DNA of 64,000 nucleotides from Candidatus Nanoarchaeia archaeon (GTDB lineage: Archaea > Nanobdellota > Nanobdellia > Woesearchaeales > WJIZ01): NCBI GenBank assembly GCA_028279765.1, contig JANQND010000007.1, positions 5,851 through 69,850 on the forward strand, given 5' to 3'. Within the stretch, counting starts at the first letter, position 1, and each line of letters starts with the position of its first letter. Below, one piece after another: positions 35,715 through 45,678 of the stretch. The translations under genes were made by a program, and so were the position numbers. The notes below the pieces were generated by a model. The model had not been told where the DNA came from. It did not search any database and was given only the letters and a program-made list of their open reading frames with translations.

Positions 35715-36548
35715 ATGCTACGAAAGCCAGCAGTTGCAGGCAGGTTCTATGCAGGCTCAGAAAGAGAACTAAGAGCTCAAATCAAAGCATGTCTCGGTTC
35801 GCACTCAAATAATCACCATCAGAAAGACAAAGCAATAAAACCCATTGCAGCGATTTCTCCTCATGCGGGCTATCAGTTCTCAGGTCCTTGCCAGGCACAG
35901 ATATACAAGCAGATACCAAAGGACATCCAGACAGTCATCATTATCGGGCTGAGCCATCAGGGATATTCTACCTGCATTTCCCTACAGGACTGGCAGACAC
36001 CAATGGGTATACTAAAAGCAGACAATAAGCTGCTCCAGTTATTAGGTTTACCAATTGATGAGCAGGCGCATCAGTATGAGCATAGCATTGAAGTGCAGCT
36101 GCCGTTCCTGCAATATCTCAGAGAAGATGTAAAGATAGCGCCCATCATCGCTTCAGCGGACATGAACTATAAAGAAATTGCAGAAAAGATCTATCAGGCA
36201 ATTAAAAAGGCAAGCAAAAAAATATTCATCATCGCAAGTTCTGACTTCACGCACTACGGGCCGGATTACCAGTATGTTCCATTTACCGAGGATAAAAAGA
36301 AAAAGATCTATGAGTTTGATCAAGGGGCCATCGACCATATCATCAATCTCAATGCACAGGAATTTCTTGCCTATGTACAGCAAACAGAAGCAACCATCTG
36401 CGGCAGATATCCTATAGCAGTATTGATTGAACTTGTCAAAAAGCTTGGCGCAAAGAGAGCTCATTTGCTCTCCTACTATACTTCAGCAGACGTACTAGGC
36501 GACTACACGAATGCGGTAGGGTATGCAGCAATAGCAGTAGAAGAGTAA
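35715..36548 (+). CDS. MEMO1/AmmeMemoRadiSam system protein B family
   Basis: RKPAVAGRFY, SPHAGYQFSG and SSDFTHYG motifs. Confidence 0.85.
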   Translation: MLRKPAVAGRFYAGSERELRAQIKACLGSHSNNHHQKDKAIKPIAAISPHAGYQFSGPCQAQIYKQIPKDIQTVIIIGLSHQGYSTCISLQDWQTPMGILKADNKLLQLLGLPIDEQAHQYEHSIEVQLPFLQYLREDVKIAPIIASADMNYKEIAEKIYQAIKKASKKIFIIASSDFTHYGPDYQYVPFTEDKKKKIYEFDQGAIDHIINLNAQEFLAYVQQTEATICGRYPIAVLIELVKKLGAKRAHLLSYYTSADVLGDYTNAVGYAAIAVEE

Positions 36549-36615
36549 ATCCGGGGATAGATAAAGAAAGAAATAAAGAAAAGGAAGAAGGAAAAGAAAT
36601 AAGAAAAAAAAGAGC

Positions 36616-39345
36616 CTATGCAGACCCTCCTTGCTTTTTCTTGATAGAAGCAAAGACGAAGTACACTACAACTCCTATAATAACCAAGATAAGGAAGAGC
36701 CATTTGAGCCAGCTTCCCGCTCCCCTCTGAGCATCCTCATCATCAGCGACTTCCTCTGTGGTCTCTTCCTGCGGCGTTTCTTCATCCTCTACCGTATCTT
36801 CACCGCTATCCTCAGAGGTATCTTCAGCCTCTTCCTCGGTTTTCTCACCGGTAATAACAAAGAAGCTAAAGCCAGGAGTTGTTGCCTCAAAATAAGCGCT
36901 AGAGCTATCAGTTCTCACTTCCTTTGTGTCCAGCTCAACCCATTTAGTGGTATATCGAAGAAGCTTCACGGTATTCCTTTTGACATTATTTTCATTGAAC
37001 CAGCTGAAAGGAACTTTAAATTCAATAGTTGCACTAGCTATGCCACTATCAGGAAGGTTTGAGGTATCAATCTCAAGGTACTGAAAGACTTCATTGGATG
37101 GGGCGCTTACGCTGCTTGGCTTTGCCAGGCTCTTCACGTCCATTCCGACATTCGTGTAAGTATCCGTTGTCTTAAAGACAACAGACTGAACAGCAATTTT
37201 GTCTTTGTTCACTGCAAAGGTCGTCTCCTCATCTTTAGAGATAGCTGACCACTGCCGGGAGACCTCAGCAAATGTCCCATCGTCTGCTGAAGGAGGGACA
37301 GTACCTGAACCGCTGCTGCCACTTGAGCTGCTGCTACTAGAACTATCATCACTACTGCTCTCTGTAAAGGTCAGGCTGACATTGATGAAGTTTACATCCG
37401 AGGCCGTCACATTATAGGAAATATTCTTATTACCTGCATCATCATGGCTCGTCACCGCAAACATCCTATTACAGGGAGATGACGCACAGTTTGAAGACGT
37501 AATGGTGTATGTCGTCGTGTTGGTCGTCACATTACTGTTTGAGATGACTGCAAATCCATTAGCAGTAAGGTTCTGGCTGGTATTGATAATACCACCGGAC
37601 TTAGTCCATACCTCGTATCGAAGGCCGGTGAAGTCTGGATTTCCTGAATTATCAAGAGTTACCTCAGGCCAGGTAATAGTAGCTACATTGCTTGAATTCG
37701 TAACATTGATGCTGGTTGGATTTCGAGGTGTAATTGTATCGTTAGTAGTACCATTGTTCTGTCCAATAGTAAAGTTAACAAGTGAGAGGTTCTCATTGCC
37801 CGAACGATCAATAGCTGTCATAACATACCAGTATGTCAATCCATGCGAAGTGGTGTTATCGGTAAAGAACGTTCCGGTAACATTTGCAACCCTGGTAGCA
37901 TTTGTCGCATCAGTAATATTCGAAGTACTTCTAAAGACACCGTACTCCTTAGCACCGCTGATCGCATTCCAGGTAAGGTTAACATTTCCATCGTCATCAG
38001 AATCCTGAAGCGTCATAAGAGGCGCTACATCCAGAGGGACAGTATCAACAGTGAATATCCTGGATAAGGAAGTATTTGAGTTTGCGGCACTATCCTCGCA
38101 GGTAGCATTCCATAAGTAGTCTCCATCATTGAACCCGGAGGTTGTATTAATAGAAGGAGTACCCACTGACACAACAAAATTGCTCAGGTTTACTGACCCG
38201 TTAATATTGATACTACAGTTCAGGGTAGTATAAAAATTATCCGTTGCCGTAAAATTAAATGTGATGGACGTTGCACTGGTATTATACCACTCAACTGGAC
38301 TATTAAGATTAACAGCCGGTTGCAGGGTATCATTTACACTAACCGTAATTAGAGTAGTATTAGCAGAATTTCCTACAGTATCGTTTGCCGACATCCACAG
38401 CAGGTAATCCCCTGCAGCATTTGATGGAAGAAGGTACGTTAGTTCCACCGGAGAGTTTTCTGTTACTGCACCTACAGTAGTGTTAACAGGTGTGGAAGAG
38501 CTGTTAATCCAGAGCGAAATAACTTCGACTTCAAGAGTAGTATCATTCCAGCTGGAGTTGAACTGGATCCAGGTATTACCCGCAGGATTATAAGTCGAGA
38601 TATTATTGGTCAAAAAATAAGAGGCATTATATGCAGGGCTGGTGGTATCGATACCAACAGTGATATTTGCAGCAGAAGTATTTTTATTTCCAAGGGTGTC
38701 ATTTGCCTCAGCCCTAAATGTGTAGATGCCGTCTGCAAGTCCTGTGAAGCTTTTATTAACAGTTACTTGAGAAGTACTGTGAATAGATCTATTGGTTTGG
38801 TTGACTCCTCCTGCACCATCAGCATAGAAAAAAAGCTCACATGCGCTAAGATTGAAGAGATCCTGGCAGAGGAATCCGACAGACAGATTATTAATTGTAG
38901 TATTCATGTTTGAAGGGGACAAGGAGCTTACCGTCGGAAAAATAGTATCAATAGTAAGGTTAAAAACCGTAGCATTTGCCACTTTCGATGTGTTTTCGAA
39001 CAGAGTAACGTTTAACTCATAGGTCCCATTAAGAGTAGGGAGGCTCCAAGAGCAAGTGTAATCTGTAAGATTCGTATCAACAACACTGGAATTTGCGCAC
39101 GCATTCGTCCAAGCACCGCCAGGCGCCCTGTATGTAGCGTTCATGTTCGTTACATTGGCATTGATAGTATATGAAGGTGTTACATTAATAACAAGGGGAA
39201 ATGAAGAGCTAGAGAGATTTGCACCTGCAGCCGGTGTTGTAACCGTAATGCTGTTAATACCGGCAAACACAACACCAGTAAGCCCTAAAATCAGTAATAA
39301 AGCAAATAAGAAAATAGTATAATGTAACATTCCTCTCTTTTTCAC
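36616..39345 (-). CDS. Large sequon-rich surface glycoprotein candidate (Ig/FN3-like repeats)
   Basis: Signal peptide, very dense N-x-S/T sequons, a Ser-rich linker, a TTPGFSFFVITG segment, an acidic stretch, and a C-terminal TM helix plus KKKQ tail. Confidence 0.7.
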   Translation of the reverse strand: MKKRGMLHYTIFLFALLLILGLTGVVFAGINSITVTTPAAGANLSSSSFPLVINVTPSYTINANVTNMNATYRAPGGAWTNACANSSVVDTNLTDYTCSWSLPTLNGTYELNVTLFENTSKVANATVFNLTIDTIFPTVSSLSPSNMNTTINNLSVGFLCQDLFNLSACELFFYADGAGGVNQTNRSIHSTSQVTVNKSFTGLADGIYTFRAEANDTLGNKNTSAANITVGIDTTSPAYNASYFLTNNISTYNPAGNTWIQFNSSWNDTTLEVEVISLWINSSSTPVNTTVGAVTENSPVELTYLLPSNAAGDYLLWMSANDTVGNSANTTLITVSVNDTLQPAVNLNSPVEWYNTSATSITFNFTATDNFYTTLNCSININGSVNLSNFVVSVGTPSINTTSGFNDGDYLWNATCEDSAANSNTSLSRIFTVDTVPLDVAPLMTLQDSDDDGNVNLTWNAISGAKEYGVFRSTSNITDATNATRVANVTGTFFTDNTTSHGLTYWYVMTAIDRSGNENLSLVNFTIGQNNGTTNDTITPRNPTSINVTNSSNVATITWPEVTLDNSGNPDFTGLRYEVWTKSGGIINTSQNLTANGFAVISNSNVTTNTTTYTITSSNCASSPCNRMFAVTSHDDAGNKNISYNVTASDVNFINVSLTFTESSSDDSSSSSSSSGSSGSGTVPPSADDGTFAEVSRQWSAISKDEETTFAVNKDKIAVQSVVFKTTDTYTNVGMDVKSLAKPSSVSAPSNEVFQYLEIDTSNLPDSGIASATIEFKVPFSWFNENNVKRNTVKLLRYTTKWVELDTKEVRTDSSSAYFEATTPGFSFFVITGEKTEEEAEDTSEDSGEDTVEDEETPQEETTEEVADDEDAQRGAGSWLKWLFLILVIIGVVVYFVFASIKKKQGGSA

Positions 39346-39539
39346 AGATATCCCCCCAGGTATAATTTATAGTATGAATTGAACATAGTAACTCACAATC
39401 AATACTCTTCTCCCTTATCCTCTATATAAATATTTCTATAAATCACTTTTATCTGATGTGTTTCTATCCGTGGAAGCCATCGGCTCTAATTATCATATTT
39501 TTCAAAACACATATATATCATATCACAACATCAGAATAC

Positions 39540-40241
39540 ATGAAAGCAATAATTCTGGTTGGAGGGGAAGGGACAAGACTGCGTCCATTGACTCACAAAA
39601 TACCGAAAGCACTAGTCCCCATTAGAGATAAGACACTCACGGAACATGTATTTGATATCCTAAGAAAGTTCAGGGTAAAAGAAATCATCCTCAGTGTCGC
39701 ATACAAAAAAGAAATGGTAAGGGAGAAATTTGGAGAGGGCAAAGATCTCGGCCTTGAAATATCATATGTAGAAGAGCCCAGCCCGCTCGGAACTGCAGGG
39801 CCGCTCATTATTCTTAATCAGCAAAACAGTCCTCTGACAGAGACTTTCTTTATGATCAATGGCGATAATCTCTTTGATCTTGATCTTAAAGAGATGCTGG
39901 AGTTCCACAAAAGAAATAATGCGGCCGCAACCATCGCCCTTTCCAGGGTTGAAGATCCACGAAGTTTTGGGGTTGCAGTCATGGAAGATGATAAGATCAC
40001 CGAGTTTGTCGAAAAACCGCAAGTTCCTCCTAGCAATTATATTAACTCAGGGTATTATATTATGGAACCAGAAGTCTTTGAAATCATTAAAGGCAAAGAG
40101 AAAGCAATGATAGAAAAAGACATCTTTCCTGTACTCGCAGAGCAGGGAAAGCTCTTTGGATACAGATCAGATAATCTCTGGTTCGATACGGGGACACCTG
40201 AGCGCTATGATCAAGTTAAAAAAGAATGGAAGTTATCATAA
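39540..40241 (+). CDS. Sugar-1-phosphate nucleotidyltransferase
   Basis: MKAIILVGGEGTRLRPLT N-terminus after trimming ORF 39456... The upstream ATG at 39456 sits 25 nt after a TATA-like box, so the start is not fully settled. Confidence 0.85.
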   Translation: MKAIILVGGEGTRLRPLTHKIPKALVPIRDKTLTEHVFDILRKFRVKEIILSVAYKKEMVREKFGEGKDLGLEISYVEEPSPLGTAGPLIILNQQNSPLTETFFMINGDNLFDLDLKEMLEFHKRNNAAATIALSRVEDPRSFGVAVMEDDKITEFVEKPQVPPSNYINSGYYIMEPEVFEIIKGKEKAMIEKDIFPVLAEQGKLFGYRSDNLWFDTGTPERYDQVKKEWKLS

Positions 40242-40546
40242 AAGGAGAGCAGGAAACAATAAGCGCACAAAAAAGAATATCAGTTCTTGGAAAAGCGCTT
40301 GGTTTAATGTTTTCACCAAGAAAAAATCTTCTGTTTGTATTTTCACAGGAGCAAAGAATTTCTTTGCATATGCTCTTTGTGTTTTTCCCTATTTGGGCAC
40401 TATTTGTTGATGAAGAAAAAAGAGTTGTTCATATTCAGAAACTTCTTCCCTTTCTCTCGCTGTGCTATCCAAAATGTAAAGCAAAGTTTATTATAGAAGC
40501 ATACAAGAAACCAAACATAAAAATGAACGAAAAACTGAGGTGGTAA
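40226..40546 (+). CDS. DUF192-like small protein
   Basis: GLMF...ISLHMLFVFFPIWALFVD pattern resembles COG1430/DUF192. Weak call. Confidence 0.45.
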   Translation: MEVIIKGEQETISAQKRISVLGKALGLMFSPRKNLLFVFSQEQRISLHMLFVFFPIWALFVDEEKRVVHIQKLLPFLSLCYPKCKAKFIIEAYKKPNIKMNEKLRW

Positions 40547-40962
40547 GAGTGATGTTGTGGCAGCACTTCACCGTATCGACCATAATTGCTATCGCGCTTT
40601 ATCCCTTCTTAGGGCTATGGTCGCTTGTGGTATACGTGACAGGGTTTCTTATTGACAGTGACCACTATTTATTCTATATCATCAAAAAAAAATCCTGGAA
40701 TATAAAAAAAGCCTATCGGTATTTCAGAACAGAGACACAGAAGGTAAGCGAATACAAAAAAATGGTCAAAGTATTTCATTTTCTGGAATATATCCCGGTA
40801 ATGCTGATTGCTTCCCTTTTCCATACGCTATTCATTGCTGCAGCAATAGGGTTTGTAGCCCATATCATCATGGACTTCATCTATGAAGAGCACGCATTCG
40901 GTTCTGTAAGAGGATATTCACTGCTTTCCAGGCTCAGTGCTGGCAAACAAAAAGCCTTATAA
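40540..40962 (+). CDS. Small polytopic membrane protein, unknown function
   Basis: Three to four hydrophobic helices with His-rich motifs (DSDHYLFY, HIIMDF). Confidence 0.5.
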   Translation: MVRVMLWQHFTVSTIIAIALYPFLGLWSLVVYVTGFLIDSDHYLFYIIKKKSWNIKKAYRYFRTETQKVSEYKKMVKVFHFLEYIPVMLIASLFHTLFIAAAIGFVAHIIMDFIYEEHAFGSVRGYSLLSRLSAGKQKAL

Positions 40963-41002
40963 AACAAGATTTATTCTTAGAACTATAGCAGAACTCAACT
41001 AT

Positions 41003-41122
41003 GGGGGCGTAGTATAATCTGGCTAGTACAGCCGGCTCCAGATGTTGGAGCGTTGAGGCAAGAGCCGATGATAAGCACGCAGGCAAAACCGGCCGATCGG
41101 GGTTCAAATCCCTGCGTCCCCA
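41003..41122 (+). tRNA. tRNA-Trp (CCA) with a 46-nt intron at the canonical 37/38 position
   Basis: Acceptor stem GGGGGCG/CGTCCCC, D-arm GTAT..GTAC, anticodon stem GCCGG/CCGGC with loop CTCCAG/A, and T-arm CGGGG-TTCAAAT-CCCTG. Intron spans 41042-41087. No encoded CCA. Confidence 0.85.
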
Positions 41123-41201
41123 TCTTCTACTCAAATTCTCTCCTTCCTACATCCTCACTACTCCAAAACATTTTAATACTTCTTTATCAGCAGACAACAT
41201 C

Positions 41202-42020
41202 ATGAAAAAGAGGCATGCTGTATTCATTCTGATTCTAGCCATACTCACAATAAGCTGCGATAATAAACCGCAATATAATGAAGTGACAAAAGAAGAAAGC
41301 AAAGTAATTGCTGAGCAGCATATCAAACAAATGAAGGAGTATGAGCAATACAAGGCAAGAAGTATTACGCAGGTAAGCTCCACTGAAGCAAGATGTCCCT
41401 TTTGCTGGAAATTTGTGTATGAAATAGAAATTGAAAGAATTCAAGGGTTTGATCGGGCAAGAAGTGAAGTAACGGTCAAAGAAGGAGAAGTAATCTCAGG
41501 GACATTCGAACTGCTGGAAAAGGAAATTAAGAATTTTGAGGATTGCAAAGAAGGAGGAGGAGAAATCAAAGATTATTATCCAAGAGAGTGCGCCACTCAG
41601 CAAGGCATCATCTTTGAGGAAAAAGTTGCTCCGCTGACAAACACAAGTGAGAAAGGGACCGCAGTAGCCAACGTATCAATCAGGTCGTCCTGCATTAAAG
41701 GAAAGCCTGGCGGAGAGGTCTATTTCAGGCTCAAAAGCTTCTTTCAGGAAGCAGAATTCCAGATAAAAATTTCAAGCGACGAGTACAAAAAGATTCATTC
41801 CAGTGCAGGATCATACGAGAAATTCACGCCGTTCTCTGTCTGCCAGGACTGTCCTGAAGGAGAATTTTCTCTTAAGCCTGACAAGGTCTATGTGCTTCGC
41901 GTGCTTTTTAAGAACCCGGGAAAAGTATATAGCAACGAGTATCTCATAGATACCAGAAATGAATCCTCCCTGCTTGAAAAAGAGTGTAAAGAAGATAAAA
42001 TAATTATTAAGAGATGGTAA
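41202..42020 (+). CDS. Lipoprotein-like secreted protein, unknown function
   Basis: MKKRHAVFILILAILTISC lipobox-like signal. Confidence 0.55.
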   Translation: MKKRHAVFILILAILTISCDNKPQYNEVTKEESKVIAEQHIKQMKEYEQYKARSITQVSSTEARCPFCWKFVYEIEIERIQGFDRARSEVTVKEGEVISGTFELLEKEIKNFEDCKEGGGEIKDYYPRECATQQGIIFEEKVAPLTNTSEKGTAVANVSIRSSCIKGKPGGEVYFRLKSFFQEAEFQIKISSDEYKKIHSSAGSYEKFTPFSVCQDCPEGEFSLKPDKVYVLRVLFKNPGKVYSNEYLIDTRNESSLLEKECKEDKIIIKRW

Positions 42021-42034
42021 GGCCAGCAGCGATA

Positions 42035-44119
42035 TTATTTCTTCTCCATGCGGTTAAGGACAGAGATAATCACCCACAATAGAATAAATCCAACTATAAT
42101 ATACCAAATATATTCAAGTATGAAGGAAAGCACAAATAAAACAACCTCCCACAATCGCATGGAAAAAAGAGAGAGAAGCACTACAACGATAATCAATAAG
42201 GCAGCTATAGCAATAGGAAGCAAAGATATAGCAGGTTTCTGACCCTTTACTTTTTTTGCAGCTTTGCTAGCTTTCTTTTTTTTCTCCTCTTTGAGTGTTT
42301 TCATAATCAGCCGCTTAATTTTCCATGATCGCACTCTTTCACGAATAATAAAAGCAAAGAGCACAACTAAAATAGCCAGTACAATGCCTCCGTACACCCA
42401 GTATCGGTAATAATTCAGCCCCTGAGCAAAGACTTGAAGAAAATGGGGTGAATCGCGGATACTAAGCGTAATAGTGTGTTGATAAGCAATAGAATCGGCT
42501 GCAGCACGAATGCGCACCGGATAGTTGCCTGAGGTGAGGTTGTGGGTGGAAAGGGAAAGCAATTGTGATGATCGCTCGCCAGGTAAAAGAGTAATATTGA
42601 TGGTATCAAAGTGAACTCCGGCATCAGCTTCAGCGTCAATACGATAGGTGGTTGGTTTTGAGCCTTCATGAATAATAGTAAAGGGAATATCCCATGATTC
42701 ATTAACAAGGACGGAAATATCCTGCGCTTCTATAAACACTTGATAACATTCATCAAGAGAGATAGGGTCAAACCCTACAGAGCTAAGAGCCTCTGTTCGG
42801 TTATTTGCAACTGAGGCTCGAAGCTGAAACCAGTACTGCTCAGAAAAATTATAGGAAGGGGGGACATCAATGAAAAATTCGGCGGACTCGCCTGCATCAA
42901 GAGTAAGGGTAGGCGTACGCAATGCAAGAATATTCTTTGGTTGGAAGATTTCAAGAGTTATTTCTTCTTCAAACAAACCAATATTTGATAATTGGGCAGC
43001 AACTTCCTGCTCGGTGTTCAGGCATACTGGCTCACGGATCAGGGGCTCCATCGCAAGACCGTAGCAGTCATTCACCTTCACGGTAATTGCCTGCTGCTCA
43101 CCTTGCTTGCCCCTCTGGCTTTGGGCGGTCAGCACAAGAGTATGTTCTCCTTCTGTTCCTTGAGGAGGATTCAAATCGATAAACGAGTATCCCTTTTCAT
43201 ATCCGTCCAGTTGCAGTGTATCTCCATACAAGCTTGCCCACTGCGGGCCTTCCAGAGTATATCTAAAATTATTTCCTACATATCCATAATTGTCCAGTTC
43301 TATCTGAAGAGATTTGTGATCGCCGGCACAGACAGAATAACTGGAAGACTCAAATGAGTATGCCTCATCGTATCGCTCATCGGTATTTTCCAGTAGCTTT
43401 CCGGTAGAGAGCGCATAATCATAGCACTTATCAATGTCCAAAAGTAGCGGAACCGAGCTTGAAATGCCACTGGACTGCGCGTGCGAGGAAAAATAAACAA
43501 TATGAGTTCCATAGATGCTGCAATCAAGGTTCATCTGAAGCTGAACTTGGGACTCTTCTCCCGGGCTTAAAACCAAAGGATTTGCACTAACGTTAGCATA
43601 TGATGAAAACTCATCAAGGCTAAACACATATGTTTCCGGAACTGTTCCGGTATTTTTTATGGTGAAATCATAATTCATAGGCAGGCAGGGGCAGGCGCTC
43701 TGGTTGAAGTTATGAGCAAGAAGGACATTATTGTTGCACAAATGAGCCTGCAGGGTTTTTGTCAGTTTCTTCTGCAGGCCAAATCCCGTCTCAATTAAAA
43801 CTTCTACATCATACGTATCCTGCGAGCCTGCAGGGAAATGATAATAGAAAACAAGCTCAGCGCTCTCTCCTGGCATCAATGAAAATGTTGAAGGAAGGAT
43901 CGTAATATATTCAGAGCCTCTGCCATGAGCACTCACCTTATACTCACTATATAAGTTGCCGGTATTACTGACAGTGAGAACATCTTCAACCGTTGAGAGA
44001 GTACAAAAGGAAAGAGCAGAGCTGCTCATTCCTGCGACAAAATCTTCAGCGGCAAATCCTGCAGGCAGCAATAGCAAAAAAACCGTCAAAAAAAAAGTGA
44101 AATGTATAGGCCTGCTCAT
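42035..44119 (-). CDS. Multi-domain beta-sandwich surface protein with C-terminal membrane anchor (COG1470-like)
   Basis: Signal peptide, repeated NTGN/NTGT-type motifs (VSNTGNLYSEYKV, IKNTGTVPETYVF), and C-terminal TM helices separated by a Lys-rich segment. Confidence 0.6.
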   Translation of the reverse strand: MSRPIHFTFFLTVFLLLLPAGFAAEDFVAGMSSSALSFCTLSTVEDVLTVSNTGNLYSEYKVSAHGRGSEYITILPSTFSLMPGESAELVFYYHFPAGSQDTYDVEVLIETGFGLQKKLTKTLQAHLCNNNVLLAHNFNQSACPCLPMNYDFTIKNTGTVPETYVFSLDEFSSYANVSANPLVLSPGEESQVQLQMNLDCSIYGTHIVYFSSHAQSSGISSSVPLLLDIDKCYDYALSTGKLLENTDERYDEAYSFESSSYSVCAGDHKSLQIELDNYGYVGNNFRYTLEGPQWASLYGDTLQLDGYEKGYSFIDLNPPQGTEGEHTLVLTAQSQRGKQGEQQAITVKVNDCYGLAMEPLIREPVCLNTEQEVAAQLSNIGLFEEEITLEIFQPKNILALRTPTLTLDAGESAEFFIDVPPSYNFSEQYWFQLRASVANNRTEALSSVGFDPISLDECYQVFIEAQDISVLVNESWDIPFTIIHEGSKPTTYRIDAEADAGVHFDTINITLLPGERSSQLLSLSTHNLTSGNYPVRIRAAADSIAYQHTITLSIRDSPHFLQVFAQGLNYYRYWVYGGIVLAILVVLFAFIIRERVRSWKIKRLIMKTLKEEKKKKASKAAKKVKGQKPAISLLPIAIAALLIIVVVLLSLFSMRLWEVVLFVLSFILEYIWYIIVGFILLWVIISVLNRMEKK

Positions 44120-44200
44120 TTTTCGATATCCCCCCTAGTGAGAGAGAAAGGGTGTTTATATAATAATAGTAAAGAAAAAGAGAAAAAAAAAGGTAAGAGC

Positions 44201-45499
44201 TTAGTAATAGCTCTCTCCGTCTTCCTTATCTTCGTCATCCCCTTTAAGCTTGTTAAAGCCAATAATCAAAGCAAGGATAACCAAGATAACCACTAAGACG
44301 ATAAGACCGATTTCAAGAGCTCTCTTCAGACTTACACTCTCTGCAGCGGATCCGCCAACAACATTAGCTTTCAAAGTAACATCTTTGATAACTTTGTCGC
44401 CAGATTTGATGCTAACACCGAATACCTGAGTTCCCTCAGCAGCATTCTGGTTTGCAGCCGCATAAATGTAAACAGTCTTTGTTTCATCTCCATCAACAGT
44501 AATAACGTTGGTAGGTGAAACTCTGAAAGTTCCCCAGTCTCCGCCAGTAACACTAACGGTGTAGGTCTTTGCGCTTCCAGTGTTGGTTACGGTAACAGGA
44601 TAGATAACGCCACCAGCAGATTTAGCTACGTCCTGTGATTCTGGGCCAACACTAATAACGGTTTTTCCTTCAACAGGTTTTTTGTCCATGCTAGGTGCAT
44701 GAGCAGCAGATCTTCCGCAGGTCTCATCTTCAAATACTTCAACACTCAAAGCTTTTCGTACTGATCGCTCAAGGTCATCAAACTGAACCAATACATCTGC
44801 ATCATATACACCAGCTTTGGTACATTGAGGAATTCTCAGATAAAGCTCCTCAGTGGATTTCTGATCGTCATCGTCGCCATCTTTTTCAAGCTCATCAATG
44901 TAATCAGATGCGGAAATGCCAAGCTCTGGAACAGAGAAGGTAACCTTCACATCATCTTCATCATGCTTTCCGTAGTTCTGTACTCGCACAGTTGCAAGAA
45001 GAGCTCGTCCTGCGACAACGCCGCTGTTAGGGCTCAGAACAACATCTTTGATAACAACCTGGTTTCGCTCAGTTTCAATGTCCAGCTCATATGTCTGAAC
45101 TTCTGCACTTCCTGATCGTCCTGCAACTTCAACACGTAGAGTGTATCTGTCCTGATCAATTCTCTGAGGGAACCTCAAATTTAGCTTTTTAATGTAAGAA
45201 TTTCCTGCTTTCATGTCGAAAACGCTGGAAACATCGTAAATTCTGTCATCGTGGTCATATCCTCGAAGATATGCTGCGATCTCAACATCATCAACATCAG
45301 CTTGAGCTTGTACTTTTACCTTAACTTCAAACTCGTCCCCTTTGTCGTATGACTGAGGATTGGCTACGTTGCCAGGTGTGATCTCATCATTATCGATCTT
45401 TACTGACTCAATAGTTGCAGGAATAGCGCTCACAAGTCCGCTTACTGCAAGAATACCCATAAGAAGTATTCCCATCAAAATCATGTGTTTTAACTTCAT
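44201..45499 (-). CDS. S-layer-like/CARDB-like anchored surface protein
   Basis: Signal peptide, VQNYGKHDEDDVKVTF and VTNTGSAKTYTV motifs, C-terminal TM helix and an acidic tail. Confidence 0.6.
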   Translation of the reverse strand: MKLKHMILMGILLMGILAVSGLVSAIPATIESVKIDNDEITPGNVANPQSYDKGDEFEVKVKVQAQADVDDVEIAAYLRGYDHDDRIYDVSSVFDMKAGNSYIKKLNLRFPQRIDQDRYTLRVEVAGRSGSAEVQTYELDIETERNQVVIKDVVLSPNSGVVAGRALLATVRVQNYGKHDEDDVKVTFSVPELGISASDYIDELEKDGDDDDQKSTEELYLRIPQCTKAGVYDADVLVQFDDLERSVRKALSVEVFEDETCGRSAAHAPSMDKKPVEGKTVISVGPESQDVAKSAGGVIYPVTVTNTGSAKTYTVSVTGGDWGTFRVSPTNVITVDGDETKTVYIYAAANQNAAEGTQVFGVSIKSGDKVIKDVTLKANVVGGSAAESVSLKRALEIGLIVLVVILVILALIIGFNKLKGDDEDKEDGESYY

Positions 45500-45678
45500 T
45501 TTTATTGAACCCCCATGGTTGTTGTTAACATCCTTATTTTATTTTTTTTATATGAGAGATTATGAAATCTCTAGATAGGTTTTAATCTCCCTATGTAATC
45601 TTACCCTCATATTTAAAGTTTTCGTTTATTTAGTATACAAGAGTAGTTAAAAAAGAGGACTATCTTGTAGTAAATAAA

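Noticed and set aside
36556-36612. About 57-nt pure polypurine tract (similar tracts at 20527-20552 and about 44150-44200)
   Set aside because: On the minus strand these read as oligo-T/pyrimidine runs directly after minus-strand genes. That is consistent with ordinary archaeal oligo-T terminators rather than a special element.
41042-41087. C/D box guide RNA inside the tRNA-Trp intron
   Set aside because: Only a degenerate GATGATA is present. There is no clear D box (CTGA) or C'/D' pair. The intron (46 nt) is short for a guide RNA.
40934-41134. 66-aa minus-strand ORF
   Set aside because: It coincides with the tRNA-Trp gene on the plus strand.
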